NCBI GenBank assembly: GCA_951406725.2
Contig: OX597821.1
Coordinates: forward strand, 104,470,001 to 104,534,000
Direction of reading: 5' to 3'
Origin: Octopus vulgaris
Taxonomy: Eukaryota
Length of the DNA: 64,000 nt
The translations under genes and the position numbers were made by a program. This document shows positions 38,830 to 55,149 of this stretch, piece after piece (the first letter of the stretch is position 1; every line of letters begins with the position of its first letter). The notes under the pieces were generated by a model, which ran no database searches, was not told where the DNA came from, and saw only the letters and a list, made by a program, of their open reading frames with translations.

Positions 38830-39039
38830 ACAATCACCGGTTTCTCTTTATTACGATTATTACAATCAAACATAGAAATGACGGCACAAGACACTACAAA
38901 CATTTAAAAGGAGTTATTTACCGAGTTTGTAAAAAGATTTTATGAAAATATATTAAAAATTGACTTATATAATTTTTTAAAAAAAATTTATATTATTTAA
39001 TTTTACATTTTATTAAGTTCCAACGGCTACGCCTTTTCT

Positions 39040-39735
39040 TCTTACCATGGATGAGTTAAGTAGTAACACTCACTCCCAGCTTCCTTACCACATCTTTCAA
39101 TCTTTCCTCATATACTCTTTCCGACAGGTGCTTTCTCTCCAGTGCTATCTTGCTTTTCAGGTGGTACCTAAAGTAATATAGCATTCCAGGGCTGGAGATG
39201 AAGGCCCCTGACTTCAAACCTAGCATTCTAGTTCCCCAATGCACACTCTTTCATAACTGCGACTGTACATAGAAAACAAGCCTCACCTTCCTTAGATAGT
39301 CTGGTGGGTGGTACATTCATAATCACAGACTCAACCGATAGCTGTACTCTTCCCAGTTGTGACAACACGTGTTCTACGTAAAGTGTCATCTCGGAAAGCA
39401 GGGCACACTGTACAAGAGCGTGCATGATAGTTTTCTTATCCTGCCCGCCTCATGGACATTCGGGTGGCACTGAAATTCCGAGCCTGGATAATTTGTCATA
39501 AACAGGTAACGCATTCCTGAAACACTTCCAGGTCAGGGATCTTTGGTAATTATCCAAATACCCCGTCCTGAAAGTGTTCTGGAACGGGTTGGCTAGCTGG
39601 TCCCCATCGAGTCCCAGCGTCGCTCCTAGAAAGTCGTCACTTTTAAACTCTACCAACCGTTTGTACAATGCAGAGGTGATATTTCCGCTGCCGGCGTTAA
39701 CCGCCTTGTGGATTAGCACAAATGCCTGCTGATGT
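39040..39735 (-). mobile_element. Second, more diverged Tx1/L1-clade LINE 3' fragment
   Basis: ORFs 39450-39743, 39228-39425 and 39056-39244 are collinear homologues of 1218-1909 (NYQRSLTWKCFRNALPVYDKL; HALVQC; YFRYHLK). Confidence 0.88.
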
Positions 39736-40721
39736 TCCAGCATGGCCGCAGTAAAATGAATGAAGTAAATAAAAAAGATAAAAAGTTCACTTTAGATGCT
39801 GTATGTTATGAAATTATAATACAATGGTTCAATTTAATTTCATTGCAACGTATGCCTTATTCCAATAGAATGGCCCCAAACTCCCTATATTACAGTAGTT
39901 CCATGTTAGTCGTTCCAATCTGATTTTGAATTTATTTCAAGTGAGTTACTTGTAATTTCTGCCAGTATCAAAATATTCTTCACGAATATTTACTCTTAAT
40001 TTGCGCTTTACGTGACTTTTCGCTTCTAGGGTTTGCGTCAATATGCTGTCATGTGCTTTTCGAAGCGCATTCGTATGTATATATATGTATATAACCAGTT
40101 GCCATGCACGATCGCTAAATCCGCAAGTTGCTTTTTTATCATTCCCTCTCTGTTTATTTTCTTTTATTCCTCTCTGTTTAAAGAGCGTAAAAGACTTCCT
40201 CCGTTCCGAGCGTCAGACTAATACACCTGATTGTTATACATACACCCGTTCTCGAGTTTTGGTTTTCTGTAAATTTCAACAAATACATATATGTATATAA
40301 TACAGTGTACATTTAAACACATAAGGAATTCACTCATGGAATTCAACACGCTAGAAAGAACAGCTATATTCTATAAACACAAAAATTAGGGATAAATTTC
40401 GACAGGAACTAAATGAAAAAATAAAAACATTTTACCATCTAATTTCCTGGACAAATTGGTTTCTGATTTTAGTTTAGCAAGTAAATAATCTTTACCCGCA
40501 AGGTGAAATCGTTTTCAACAGGTACACCTTAGATTAAATATATAAACACGATGCGATCAACTATGTGCCTCTTGTTTCTACATCCTAATTTTTTCAAAAT
40601 CTACGGCGCAGATGCAGTCCTTCGCCTTCAATAAAAAAATGCCAACTTTTATAAACCGAAAATTATCCAAAAACTTACAATATTTAATCATATCAAAAGG
40701 AAATGGAAATTAATAGAAATG

Positions 40722-40826
40722 TTCACTTCCAGTGGCCTAGCGTGTAAAAATTTAGTGAAAGACTATTTAATGACTAATACATAGTCTTTGGACTAAATTT
40801 CTACACGCTAGGTCACTGAAAATGAA
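40722..40826. other. 105-nt hairpin (~45-bp stem, 14-nt loop)
   Basis: TTCACTTCCAGTGGCCTAGCGTGTAAAAATTTAGTGAAAGACTAT pairs with ATAGTCTTTGGACTAAATTTCTACACGCTAGGTCACTGAAAATGAA. Confidence 0.85.
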
Positions 40827-42120
40827 AATACGCCTTATCGTTTGATTACCGATGCCAAGTTCAGTGGAATGCCTCCGAGCAGAGCAATCCGGTTTCGGTA
40901 TCAAAGTAAGTTTTACGCGTTCCACATTTTCCGGGGTCTGTCGCGTTCGTGCACCATATTCATATTTATTTACCTATCAAGATTAAAACATTCTTTTTCA
41001 CAAACTAGACATATTTGTTGTTAGATTCCGAGCAATTTAATTGAACATTTTGAGCCTTTCTAGTTACTTCAATAAATATTAAATACTTTCGTTTATATGG
41101 TCGTTTCAACTTTCATATAATTTTCTTCATAATGTTCCATCTTAGTTTCTTTTGCTATTCTACCACTTTTGTATTACTCCACAACATTAACCCATTTATG
41201 CTCCATCTACTTACGACAAGCATACAAATGAAACGTAATCATTTAATTCTTCTCCGTGTTTTCCCATCCCGTCACAATGTCTTCTTAAGGCGCTTTCTAT
41301 AACCTAATTTTTGAAATCTCTAAATTCTACAGGTTTTTGTAACACCAGTCCCCCTTTGTTATATGTCACCATACCAATAACACGTTCTACCGAAAACCCG
41401 TTGATGTATCATTAAAGCAATAAATATTTGACTAACGATAGAACTACTTGGTAAATAATTTGTTTTCACATTCGAATTCCTATCAAAACATCCGCATTTG
41501 CTCATTTTCGTCCCGTATATTTCGTTTGCTACTTCCCGATGATAGAAATACATAAGTACAGACATCATTTATTACACCTCCATATTTTTCTATCTCTTTA
41601 CAACTTCCTTGTAAGCCTGCTTCTATAATTTTAAAGTCTTGCATTTTATTTCATTAACTTAACGTTTTAATAATATATATTTTTGAAAATATATCCGTTC
41701 TTAATTTTCACGTCTTTTATACAATAGGTTTGTTTTACTGAATTGCACAACATTTTTGTGCCTGGTCTTCATACATCAATAACGGATAAGATTCCTTCCT
41801 ACTCATCTGTCACATACGTTAAGATATTCGCAAAAGCCTTTTAATTCTGAAGTAAATGTAATTTCCAGTGTTTGTAATCGTGACCAGACACAAAGCTCGG
41901 CTTCTTTTCTAATAACTCAGGCAATATTCGTACGTGTATTTAGTTCATTTTATACCTGTTATATAAGGCTAACTTGGAAACTTGAAAAAGACATGTAATT
42001 ATGTTTTATATTAGTTATTCAGGCAGTAACTCATCCTGCGTGATTAGAACGACGCGGTCTCTGTCAAACGTATAGTTCTGCTAATCATTGCAGTTAACCA
42101 CATATGCATAAAGACACACA

Positions 42121-42190
<70 letters not shown>

Positions 42191-43279
42191 GAGAGAGAGA
42201 GAAAATGTGCATCATTGTAGTTACACAGTTTCTCTGTGTTTATTGTGTGTAGAGCGGGATGTGTGTGTGAGTGTATTTGTGTGTGTGTGTGTGTTTGTGT
42301 TTTCTCAACTGCCGCTTAAAATATTCTATTCCAAATTATATTTATTGCAGTCAAAGAATCTCGAATTATCAATTAATTGAATTATAAAAAAAAATATTCG
42401 AAATACGAGATATAGGTTAAATACAAATGGTTATATATTCTCCATATATTTCAATATTTATTTTATGAAAATATGACACTTCATATATTTGGCGTGTATG
42501 TGCATACGTTACAATTATGCTTATACGCTTGAAACATATGTGGTTTATTTTAATAATCCCATTATGGGCTATATTCCTATATTATAGCAAGTTAAAATCT
42601 GTGGTAATTGAAGTAATATTTGAAATTAGTGCTAACACATTTTATTGTTTGCGAAAATTATTAGTTGCAAAAACCATAAATTGCAACTTAATGTCACGTT
42701 ATGGAAATGCGCAAATGAATTTTCGGCCTGAATAATGGACACGTGGAATGAATATATGAATATGTGCGTTTTTATGACAATTTACAATATTTTTTCCTTT
42801 GAATAATTGTTTTACTAAATTTAATAATGGCTCCTCATTTAGGCACACCGCTTGCAAATTTCAGGTGATGGCGTTAGTTGATATAATCAACAATCTCAAT
42901 AATGGATTGATATTATATTTTATCGACTCCAGTGGGAATAACGACAATGTTGCCGTGTTGATCACGAAAGGATTTGGCAGCTGATCATTAAAAGCTGGAA
43001 GTCCAGTGATTGCGCCGTTAATCAACACTCACCTGGTATATTAAATGGTTTCAATTCTGGCTCAAAGACAGCAATTCCCGGGGAGCGAATAGGTCGTCCA
43101 TGTCGACCCCCGAGTTAAACTGGTACTTAGGAGTTTTCCACATGTGGGCGTACAGAAGAATATTAAGAAAATTATGGACAAAACACATGGCTACCGAAGG
43201 AACGATACAACTAGCAAATACAAAGAGATCATAACTTTGAACTGAGAAAAAGAAAACTAAAATACTTTGGTCACATACT

Positions 43280-43692
43280 AAGCAGCGAGTTGGCACAATC
43301 GTTAACACGCCCGGGGCGAAATACTTGGTGGTATGTTGTCTGTCTTTAGGTTCTGAGTTCAAATGCCACCGAGGTCGACTTTGCCTTTTATCTTTTCGGG
43401 TTCGATAAATTAAGTACCAGTTGCAAACTGGGGTCGGACTAATCCACTGGCCCTCTCCCCCAAAATTTTAGGGCGTGTGCCTAGAGTGGAAAAGAATCGT
43501 TAGCACGCCGGGCGAAATCCTTAGTGGTATTTTGTCTGTCTTTATGTTCTGCGTTCAAATTCCACCGAGATGGACGTTGCCCTTCTTCCTTTCGGGTTCG
43601 ATAAATTAAGTATCAGTTGCGTACTTGGGTTAAACTTATCGACTAGCACCTCCCCACCAAAACTCAGGCATTGTGCCTAGAGTAGAAAAGGA
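43280..43692 (+). mobile_element. Two tandem MetaSINE copies (tail B)
   Basis: Head, Meta domain and GTGCCTAGAGT(A/G)GAAAAG tail occur twice, joined near 43497. Confidence 0.8.
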
Positions 43693-43748
43693 ATAGAAAG
43701 AGTACTAGGTACACAAAGGATGTTACTAGAAAATAAGAGGGGGAGGAG

Positions 43749-44042
43749 GAGACCCCTTTCGGTCATGAATGACCGAGGGATTGCACCTAGAAAGTTCGGA
43801 CAATGTTGTTTGTGAAAGGCCAGCAGTAGCCCATGCATTCCTCTCTATACCACTATCTACACCACTGATGTTATCCAAGGGAAAGACAAAGGCCGATACA
43901 GCTTGGCATCAGTGGTGTCATTTCTACAGTTGAAAGAACTGGAGCAACGTGAAGTAAAATGTCTTGCTCAAGAACACAACACGCAGCCCGGTCCGGTAAT
44001 CGAACTCACAACCCCACGATCGTAAGCTCCAACCACTGAGCC
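43749..44042 (-). mobile_element. Third tRNA-derived SINE family (V-SINE-like core)
   Basis: Minus strand: GGCTCAGTGGTT A box, GAGTTCGATTACC B box, core TGTTGTGTTCTTGAGCAAGACATTTTA. Confidence 0.7.
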
Positions 44043-44044
44043 TG

Positions 44045-44720
44045 GAACGTACTGGTTGGATAAAATCAGGAGTTGGCTAAGCCATCATACGGTGAATGTG
44101 AAAGAGTAGCAGAGAAGAAAATACACCCGGATAGAGATCATTGATATTTAATATGCTGAGCGGGAATGGCTCAACATGATGCTGATGACGGCTGACACAT
44201 GAAATGCATTTAGAGAGAAAGAAAGAGTTAGACCAACATCAAACCAACAAGCTTTGTAGAGACAAACGTGAACAAAAAGAGAGAGGAAATACTGGACAAG
44301 TATAGGGTAATTGCGGAGCAACAAAAAATATGAAAATACATTAAGACAAAGGAAAGCAGTAAGTGTATAGCGTAAGGGTAAGTCGTATTTAAAAAAAAAG
44401 TATAAACACAAAGTTGGTATGAGAAATACAACATGACATTTCCACTAGAAGTAATGAAGATATTAGAAATACGTCAATAATTTAGAGAAAATATAGATAC
44501 AAACTTCGCAGTGTAATTTGGAATTGTTAGGAAGAGACAGAGGGTAATAAACTAGGAATGTTTGTTTCTCTATCTAACGTAAAAGAAAATGAAACGATAC
44601 CTAGATGAGACAAAAACAGGCCAGTGGAGAAGATATAACTGCAAAGCAATCACTCGTGACAGAAGCAGTATTAATAGGTGAGGGTAATATTTATTTGTCA
44701 CTCAATGTGGATGTTCTGTT
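44045..44720 (+). mobile_element. Very decayed CR1-like LINE RT remnant
   Basis: WLDKIRSWLSHHTVNV (cf. LLxWIxSWL) plus other weak CR1-like stretches in order. Confidence 0.3.
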
Positions 44721-45937
44721 AGAATACAAAATGGGTTATTTACGATAATTGGGTATGTTGTATGCGTCTATACGAGAGTTCCTCTCATGGTAACTAACGC
44801 AGTATTGTATGTTCTAAAATATAATCCGCTTTTAGTGGTAAATGATGCCTTTTTTTCATATATATATATATATATATATATAACATTTATATTTGTAGAA
44901 TTTGGAGTATAATCTTATAAAAATGGGATATGAAATAGGGTAAAATGCGGGAAAGGTGAAATGAAACTACTATTGTGGTAAAAGTATGGTATATACTCAA
45001 AAGTATACATACATTTCTATCCTTTTGTTATAATATTTTTCTTAATACTCCTTTGAATAACCCTAAAATTTAGCTGTATAAAATATAGCAACATTGTTTA
45101 AAATATTTAACTATATTACTACATGATAAGACTTACCCTGTTTCATTGTCAATGGTCTGCTAGTGGGCGACCCCTTAATTATTTGGTAACATCTTGTTTT
45201 AAGTTTTCCTTTACCAAACCTCATGATATTGCTTCTAAGAAATCTTGAATGATGTCTGCCTGCTACCTCAGCCCTACACCCAACAGATACTACCCTCTGC
45301 TCTCTGAGCCTTAGATATAAAAGGGATTTGATAAACTAGTCTATAAATTAAAACTGAACCCATAAAAGCCCATAAAAAACTGACCCCATAAAAATACTGA
45401 CCCCTTAACTTCTTGGAGATATTAGGTATAATTATACTGTGTCCATCCGTTCTAATTTAATTAAATTCTATGTCTTTGTGCAGCTCAAAATTGCTCTGCA
45501 TTTTAAATTGAGGTAATGATTGCATTGTTCAATTAAATGAAGCTGCATCAAACAATCGTACCGCATTACCTCTGGATATCCTTGTTGCTTATATATATTT
45601 ATAATTTTCGACCCTGTGTTTATAAGATCTTTTGCATTTATACAACTCTGTCTTTGCAGGCATACATTTTCTAAATGTGAATCAATTTTTAAATGAAATT
45701 TATTTTATGTATTTATTTTCATGCTATATAACTATTTTTTGTGTTGAACTTCATCTGTCATAATTTACACGGCGTTTTATTCTGTCATGTGCTGGTTTTA
45801 ATATTAATCTTCCATGTTGACTTCGCAATTACTCCTTTCCAACATTATTATTCAAAGTATTTTAAAAATTCTTAATTGATTCTTATGCAATGCCTCTTAT
45901 TGAGCCCTGTTAAAAGGCCGTCTAAGATATTAACTCG

Positions 45938-46905
<968 letters not shown>

Positions 46906-47997
46906 GATGCGTGGTTGTTTTACATTTATATTTTTTCAGTTTTTCACTTAAGTGAAACAAGTCTTTAACATAACACGTTCCTATAATTCGCTCGTTGTAT
47001 ATTACATCAGTTCAACGACAATTGTACGTTTAGTTTCGTACGATCGCCTTTTAAAGACATTATTATAATAATGTAAAGACATTATTATATTCACCTCCAT
47101 CATTTCGTATATCATCACAAAATTTCTCGAGGTTCTGTCTCTGTACGCTGACTGCTCATCATCAATACTTAGCACTAGCCGAAGGCGGCGAGCTGGCAGT
47201 ATCGTTACCACATCGGACAAAATAATTAACGGCGTTCAGGATATAACACCGCTAATCTACTTTTTACAGAAAGTAATAGGGTGCATCATATACACGTAAA
47301 TGGAGTTGCATGAAACGATCGTACTGCATTACCTCTGGATATCCTTCTTGCTTATTTTGATATATATATATATGTACGCTGACTCCTCATCATGAATACT
47401 TAACACAAGCCGAAGATGTCTAGCTTGCAGTATCGTTAGCACATCGGACAAAATAAGTAACAGCGTTTAATAAAAGCATCTAAAAAAGGGTAATATTTTG
47501 TACCCGGATATCAGAGTAAATTTGAAGTGAAATTTATTCACAGTGAAATATGGTAATCCCTACCATTCTTTACTAAATAGCTTTGGGTGAATCCATATTG
47601 CCGTAATATATAAGAAATAACCAACGCAATTGATATTTCCTTTCAGTGAGATGATGAAATGGTTATAAATATAAAGTTATATTCGCTTAGAACTTTTTCA
47701 TTGACTGCTGTGTCACGAGAAACGCTTTAATGTCTATAAATAGCTGTTTTGATTATTCATGTTTGAAATAATAAATAAAGAAATATCTTTATAGCAAAGT
47801 GTTACCCACATTGGTTATAAATATATTGCAGATATGAAAATATCTAATGAAGTCAAGTGTGGCAAAAGAGAAAATAAAACTGCCTGGTTGACATCATTTG
47901 AAATCCTCAAATCTTTTTTTTTTACTTCTTCCGCATCTTTCTCTTCGACTTCTTTTTGCCTATTTTATCATGTTCTACGACTATTGCTACTGCTTGC

Positions 47998-48078
<81 letters not shown>

Positions 48079-48574
48079 AATATGTGTGTATGTGTGTGTA
48101 AGCGCATATATATGTGTGTGTGTATGCATACTCACACATACACATATATTTTTCTGTGTGTATGTGTGCATATGTGAGTATTAAAAATCATTTTCAAAAC
48201 ACTTTTAGCCTATAATACCGGTGATTATAACAATTAAAATGCTTATAGAAACTTGGGTAATACGGAAAATAGTTTTGGGAACGACACTATGTGATATTTT
48301 CTCTCGAAGCACTTTCAAATTGCATTATATGTTAAAAGCACTTAGCTTATCTCATAATGCTGGTGGAGGATTTGCCACGGTGTTTCGACCTATTTTGCTC
48401 TTCTCTTCCGGGTAGCAAATACACTGCCTGTTATGAACCAAGCCTACAAATGCCTATTTCGACATAGAAGTCAGTTAACACAGCATTTATACAAAACTTT
48501 TATACATTTAATTCGTGCAGTTGAAACAGGCTTGTATTTAAAACTAATCGCGTGAACAATGGGCATTTCCACGA

Positions 48575-50210
48575 GAAGCAAAAGATCTGAAATTTCGGAG
48601 GATGGGGGCAAGGCGATTTCAACGCCCCCCAGTACTTCACTTGTGCATATTTTATCTAACCGAAAGGATGGACAACTTAGTCGACAGCAGCAGATTTTCA
48701 CTCAGTGTGTAAAACCGAAAGAAATACTGCTAAACATTTTGTCCAGAGTGCTGACCATTCTCCCAGCTCTGCCACCCTAATGGTGTGTATAATATTGGTT
48801 TCAAAATTTAGTACAAAACCAGAAATTTGGGAGCAGGGTGCTACTAAATTACTTTGACTTCAGTGTTCAACTAGTACTCAATATATTGACTCACGAAAAG
48901 ATGAAAGTCGACCTCGGCGGAAGTTGAACCCAGAACGTGTAAGCAGAGGAAATGCGGTTAAGCATTTTACCTGTTGTGCTAAGAATTCTGCCAGATCACC
49001 ACCTTAATGGCGTGTATAATATTAGTTTACGTTTTCGTTCAACGCCAGCAAATTCAGAGTTAGGTGTAAGTCGATTATAACGACACCAGTATACAACTGG
49101 TACCTATTCTATCGACTCTGAAATGAAGAAAGGCAAATCGCCATGGACCTAACTTGAAATCAGAACGTAAACATGGACGAACTGCCGTTAATGATTTTTC
49201 CCGGCGTGCCAACTAGTTTTTCTGCTTTTGTCACAAGGCCTGAAATTTAGAGAAGTGGACAGTCGATTTCATTAACCCCAGTGTTTAACTGGTACTTAAT
49301 TTATGAACCCCGAAAGCATGAAAGGCAAAGAAGTTCTCGGCAGAATTTAAGCTCAAAACGTAAAGGCGGACGAAATGCCGCTAAACATTTTGTTCGACGT
49401 GCTAACGACTCTGCCTTCAATGTTGTGTATAATATTTTCCGAATCTCGGAACAAGGGCGGCATTTTCGGGGTCTGAGACTAGTGCGTTACATCGAGCCAA
49501 GTGCTCAGCTAGTACTAATTCTATCCCTGCCCCCGAAATAATGAAAGCCAAAGATGATCTATAAAATATCAGTTCCTAACCTAAAGATGGACAAAATGCC
49601 ACTAAGCATTTTGGCCAACGCACTCATAGTTCTGCCAGCTCAACACGTTTAATGTCGTGTATAACATTAATACTCTCTATATGAACGTGATATAAGACTA
49701 GCTGAGATTCTTTCTCTCAGCGACTATTCTCGAAAAGGAAAGTTTACAGAGGCAATGGTCTTCTAAACATCTCCCTGTTCAGTAACTTAAAGAAGGTCCA
49801 AACATGCATAATAATCCTTTCTATTATAGGCACAAGAACTGAAATTTGGGAAGGGGGGATTAGTCGATTACATCGACCCCCATTGTTTCACTGGCACATA
49901 ATTTATCAAACGCGAAAGAATGAAATGCAAAGTCATCCTCGGCGGGATTTGAACTCAGATCGTAGCGGCAGACGAAATACCTATTTATTTACCACCCACA
50001 GGGGGCTACACACATAGGGGACAAACAAGGACAGACAAACGGATTAAGTCGATTATATCGACCCCAGTGCGTAACCGGTACTTACTCTATCGACCCCGAA
50101 AGGATGAAAGGCAAAGTCGACCTCGGCGGAATTTGAACTCAGAACGTAACGGCAGACAAAATACGGCTACGCATTTCGCCCGGCGTGCTAATGTTTCTGC
50201 CAGCGCGCCC
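48575..50210 (-). mobile_element. Cluster of 6-7 same-orientation MetaSINE copies of different ages, ending in a dimer (49813-50210)
   Basis: Repeated CAGT..AACTGGTACT..ATCGAC..GAAAGGATGAAAGGCAAAGTCGACCTCGGCGG..TCTGCCAG motifs at roughly 200-250-bp spacing. Confidence 0.75.
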
Positions 50211-50564
50211 CTCAAAACATGCGTAACAAGAGCACTCAGAGCAACGCCAACGTCCTCTCAACGATTAGCCGGAGATGATTTTTAAAATGAGAATATCTGA
50301 AATAAACTCGACTGATCTCACGAACAAGAATACTAAAAACGAACCCGACTGCTCCCGAATATCAAGTAAAAATATCCGAAAAAAAAATATTCCAGATTCC
50401 TTGTTCGGTACTGGATCGATCCCAAAATGTAATCGGTTCGTGCTTGTCATAACCAAGTAAGATTTCAGTGAACCAACAAAATATTACAACTCATTTGTGA
50501 GAGTGACATGTAGGTATAAACATTTGACTGCACATACTTATAAATTAGATGTCATTCGAGAAAA

Positions 50565-51394
<830 letters not shown>

Positions 51395-51946
51395 AATGTG
51401 TGTCGGTGCGTGTGTGCGTCTATGTTTTTAAATATACATATATGTGTATGTCCATGTATGTATATCTATATATATATAAACAAAATAATGAAATTATTGT
51501 ATACAGTGCTCAGGTGCACCACATCTGAGCATTGTATACTTATGTGTGTATATGCATATATATATATGTGTGTTTATGTATATATACGTGAATGTGTGTT
51601 TGTGTGTGTGTGTGTGTGTATTCATTCCAATGTACTCATGTGTCCCGGGTACAAGTGTAAACTGCATCTGGTAGTGGGGTTCAATAAGTCCGAGCTTTCT
51701 AGACTTTCGAGCAATATGGAAGCCCGTCTACGCTACTACTATTCTCGGGTCTACTTCGGACCAGATCATTAATACCTGTCAGTGTACTGGCTGTGGGTTA
51801 ATTGGCACGTGAGCTACTACCAGTGAGGGGACCCTAGTTTTCCCTTTAAGAGCTGCATCTTATAACATAATACCATGATACACAGTCATAAACCTTTAAA
51901 TATATATAAAGATATACAGTAATGCTTCGATATACAAGTTAATTTG

Positions 51947-52333
51947 AAGGCGGCGAGCTGGCAATAACGTTAGCAGGCCGGGCGAAATGCTTAGCGGTAT
52001 TTCGTCTGCCACTACGTTCAGAGTTCAAACTACGCCGAGGTTGACTTTGCCTTTCGTCCTTTCCAGGTCAATAAATTAAGTACCAGTTACTCACTGGGGT
52101 CGATATAATCGACTTAATCCGTTTGTCTGTCCTTGTTTGTCCCTTCTGTGTTTAAGTAAAGAAATAGGTATTTCGTCTCTCTTTGCGTTCTGATTTCAAA
52201 TTCTGCCGAGTTCAGCTTTGTCTTTCATCCTTTCGGGGTCGATAAATTAAGTACCAGTAGTGTACTGAGATTGATCTAATCAACTGGCCACAGTCCCAAA
52301 AATTTCGCGCCTTGTGCCAAGAGTAGAAAAGAT
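51947..52333 (+). mobile_element. MetaSINE dimer (tail A followed by tail B)
   Basis: Same architecture and junction (AAAGAAATAGGTATTTCGTCT) as 14965-15358. Confidence 0.85.
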
Positions 52334-53258
52334 ATACGAATTAATTCCTTCCCGGAAATCGCTCGTAAAACGAAAACAAAACTCGTAATAACTCGTAAAA
52401 TTTGGTGTTTCGTAAAGCGGGTCGGTCGTCATAAAGTAAAGAAATATTGTATTCATACGAGCTTGCATTCTCTTAAAAATAAAGCTGACGTACAATTGCT
52501 TTGTGGTCGTCTTAGCATATGTTGTGCTGTTATTTTTTTAAATTGATATTTCTATGCAACACTTTGATCCCCTAAAACCCTTTCACGCACAGGGAGGTCC
52601 TTGAATCTCGCAACTTTGGCATGGAGTTACAAATAACAGGTTTAGAAAGTGGTCCTTTTTGGTGCTTAGTTGACTTCCAGTATGTATGTATGTATGTATG
52701 TATGTATGTATGTATGTATGTATGTATTTATGCACGTATGTATGTATGCGTGTATACGCATATATGGGGGCGCGCTGCAAAATTCCTGGCTGTAAGGTTT
52801 TCGCGAATGACCAGATTGAAGTCGCAGACTTCAGAGTTCTGTTACAGGGCCTAGATAGACGGAAGGGCCACTGCAATAAGTATATGAATCTGAGAGAGTA
52901 ATATGTTGAATAAAATCTTAATTAACTGATCCTCCTCTATTTTCTTGTATCCAAAGCCAGTGACATTTCACATGTCCCTCGTTTTCCTCGTGTGTGTGAA
53001 GAGAGAGAGAGAAAGAAAGAGAAAGAGAGAGACACACACACACACAGACACAGCAACTGACACACATATACGCTCATGCACATAGATACACACTTACACA
53101 TGCACACATGCACTTTCAAACACACTCATATATGAAATTTGTTTTTGTCGTGTTATGATACTTTTACGTCAAGCTGTAGGTTTGTTCTGTACTTTTTAAC
53201 GAGAGGATTCCGATAAAGGCTAGCTGGCCGAAACTTCCAAGTTCCACTAAACACTACA

Positions 53259-53476
53259 CTTTTACTCCTTACTCTGTTACTTGTTTCTGTCATTTGACTG
53301 TGGCCATGCAGGAGTGAATTTTTAGTCGAGCAAATCGACCCCAGGACTTATTCTTTGTAAGCCTAGTACTTACTCTATCGGGCTCTTTTGCCGAACCGCT
53401 AAGTTACGGGGACGTAAACACACCAGCATCGGTTGTGAAGCGATGTTGGGGGGGAAAATCACAGACACACAAACAT

Positions 53477-53563
<87 letters not shown>

Positions 53564-53729
53564 TACGACTGGCTTCTTTCAGTTTCCGTCTACCAAATCC
53601 ACTCACAAGGCTTTGGTCGGACCGAGGCTATAGTAGAAGACACTTGCCCAAGGTGCCACGCAGTGGGACTGAACCCGGAACCATGTGGTTCGTAAGAAAG
53701 CTACTTACCACACAGCCACTCCTACGCCT
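53259..53729 (-). mobile_element. CORE-type SINE, full length and young
   Basis: Complete head GGCGTAGGAGTGGCTGTGTGG, CORE ACCTTGGGCAAGTG, internal (TA)/(TG), tail. Confidence 0.9.
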
Positions 53730-54361
53730 ATGTTAACGAATATTTAATAGTTATATTTCGTGCTGTGCTGAACTGCTCCGTCAGTGTTGTTTCCGGTGTT
53801 TCAGAGGGATTCGATTGTTTCAACAGGAGACATCTTCACTCTGTCCACCCAGTCGTGGTTGATCAACGCCCAGCATTAAACCTCTTCTCTGCCCTCTTTG
53901 TCCAAAGCTACCGGAAGGAATTATGCATAAATTCAACAATGGAATCTGTAGCCCAACTTTAAGCTGTGCCAGTAACTTCAAGCCCCTTGGAGCATTGCAT
54001 AATTAACTCTCTAGACTACACGAAATAGCGGTATTTTAATCCAAATACAGAGAAATTTGAGATACGGAAAATAACCACACAAAAGTTCCCTTCGCATTCC
54101 GATATACAGCATCGTCGCTATACACTGATATAAAGTATAGTCTGAACATAACTTTATAACTGTGTGTTATTCTTGTACAAAACTACTCATATACGTACAA
54201 AAGAGGTAATGGGAATTTTGGCCAAAATTCCGATGCACCTCGGATTAGATTTTTAATGCAATAAACATTTCTGTCCACTCTACCCGATATATTGTGTCAT
54301 ATATATCATAATATTTGCTCTCAGTAAAACTTTTTATCCATTATGCTTGATAACTCCTCCA

Positions 54362-54366
54362 TTATG

Positions 54367-54459
<93 letters not shown>

Positions 54460-54499
54460 ATATATATATATATATATACATATATATATAAATAAATAC

Positions 54500-54535
<36 letters not shown>

Positions 54536-54579
54536 GTCTATATGCATGTGTGTATGTATAACTGTATCTATATCTATCA

Positions 54580-54619
<40 letters not shown>

Positions 54620-54789
54620 TAAAAATTCTAAGCAATAATCTAACAAGTCTGCCAAATTTGGTCGATGACAAATCGTTTCCATAGTCGAAGATTCTCGGCA
54701 CGAAACCAATGGCAGCTTTGTTATCCCAGAAAGAAAGAAAATTTATCACCAATGCAATGTCGAGGACTCATTCTCAGTGTTTGATATAA

Positions 54790-54872
<83 letters not shown>

Positions 54873-55085
54873 TATATGTATATATATATGCATATATATA
54901 TATACATATACATATATGTGCATATGCATATTTACCCGTATATTATATCTAACTATATATATATATATATATATATACATATATACATATATATACATAT
55001 ATATACATATATATATATACATATATATATATACATATATATATATATACATATATATACATATACATATACATATATATACATT

Positions 55086-55146
<61 letters not shown>
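54362..55146. repeat. Long degenerate (TA)n/(TACA)n tracts, representative of dozens across the window (also 34750-35105, 56090-56430, 61200-63820)
   Basis: Directly visible; source of the [12 protein letters not shown] ORFs. Confidence 0.97.

Positions 55147-55149
<3 letters not shown>

Noticed and set aside
41050-41950. Possible decayed RTE-type RT remnant (also a CR1-like stretch at 55180-55800 and a GC-richer block at 53760-54000)
   Set aside because: Motif matches are too weak to call without a profile search.
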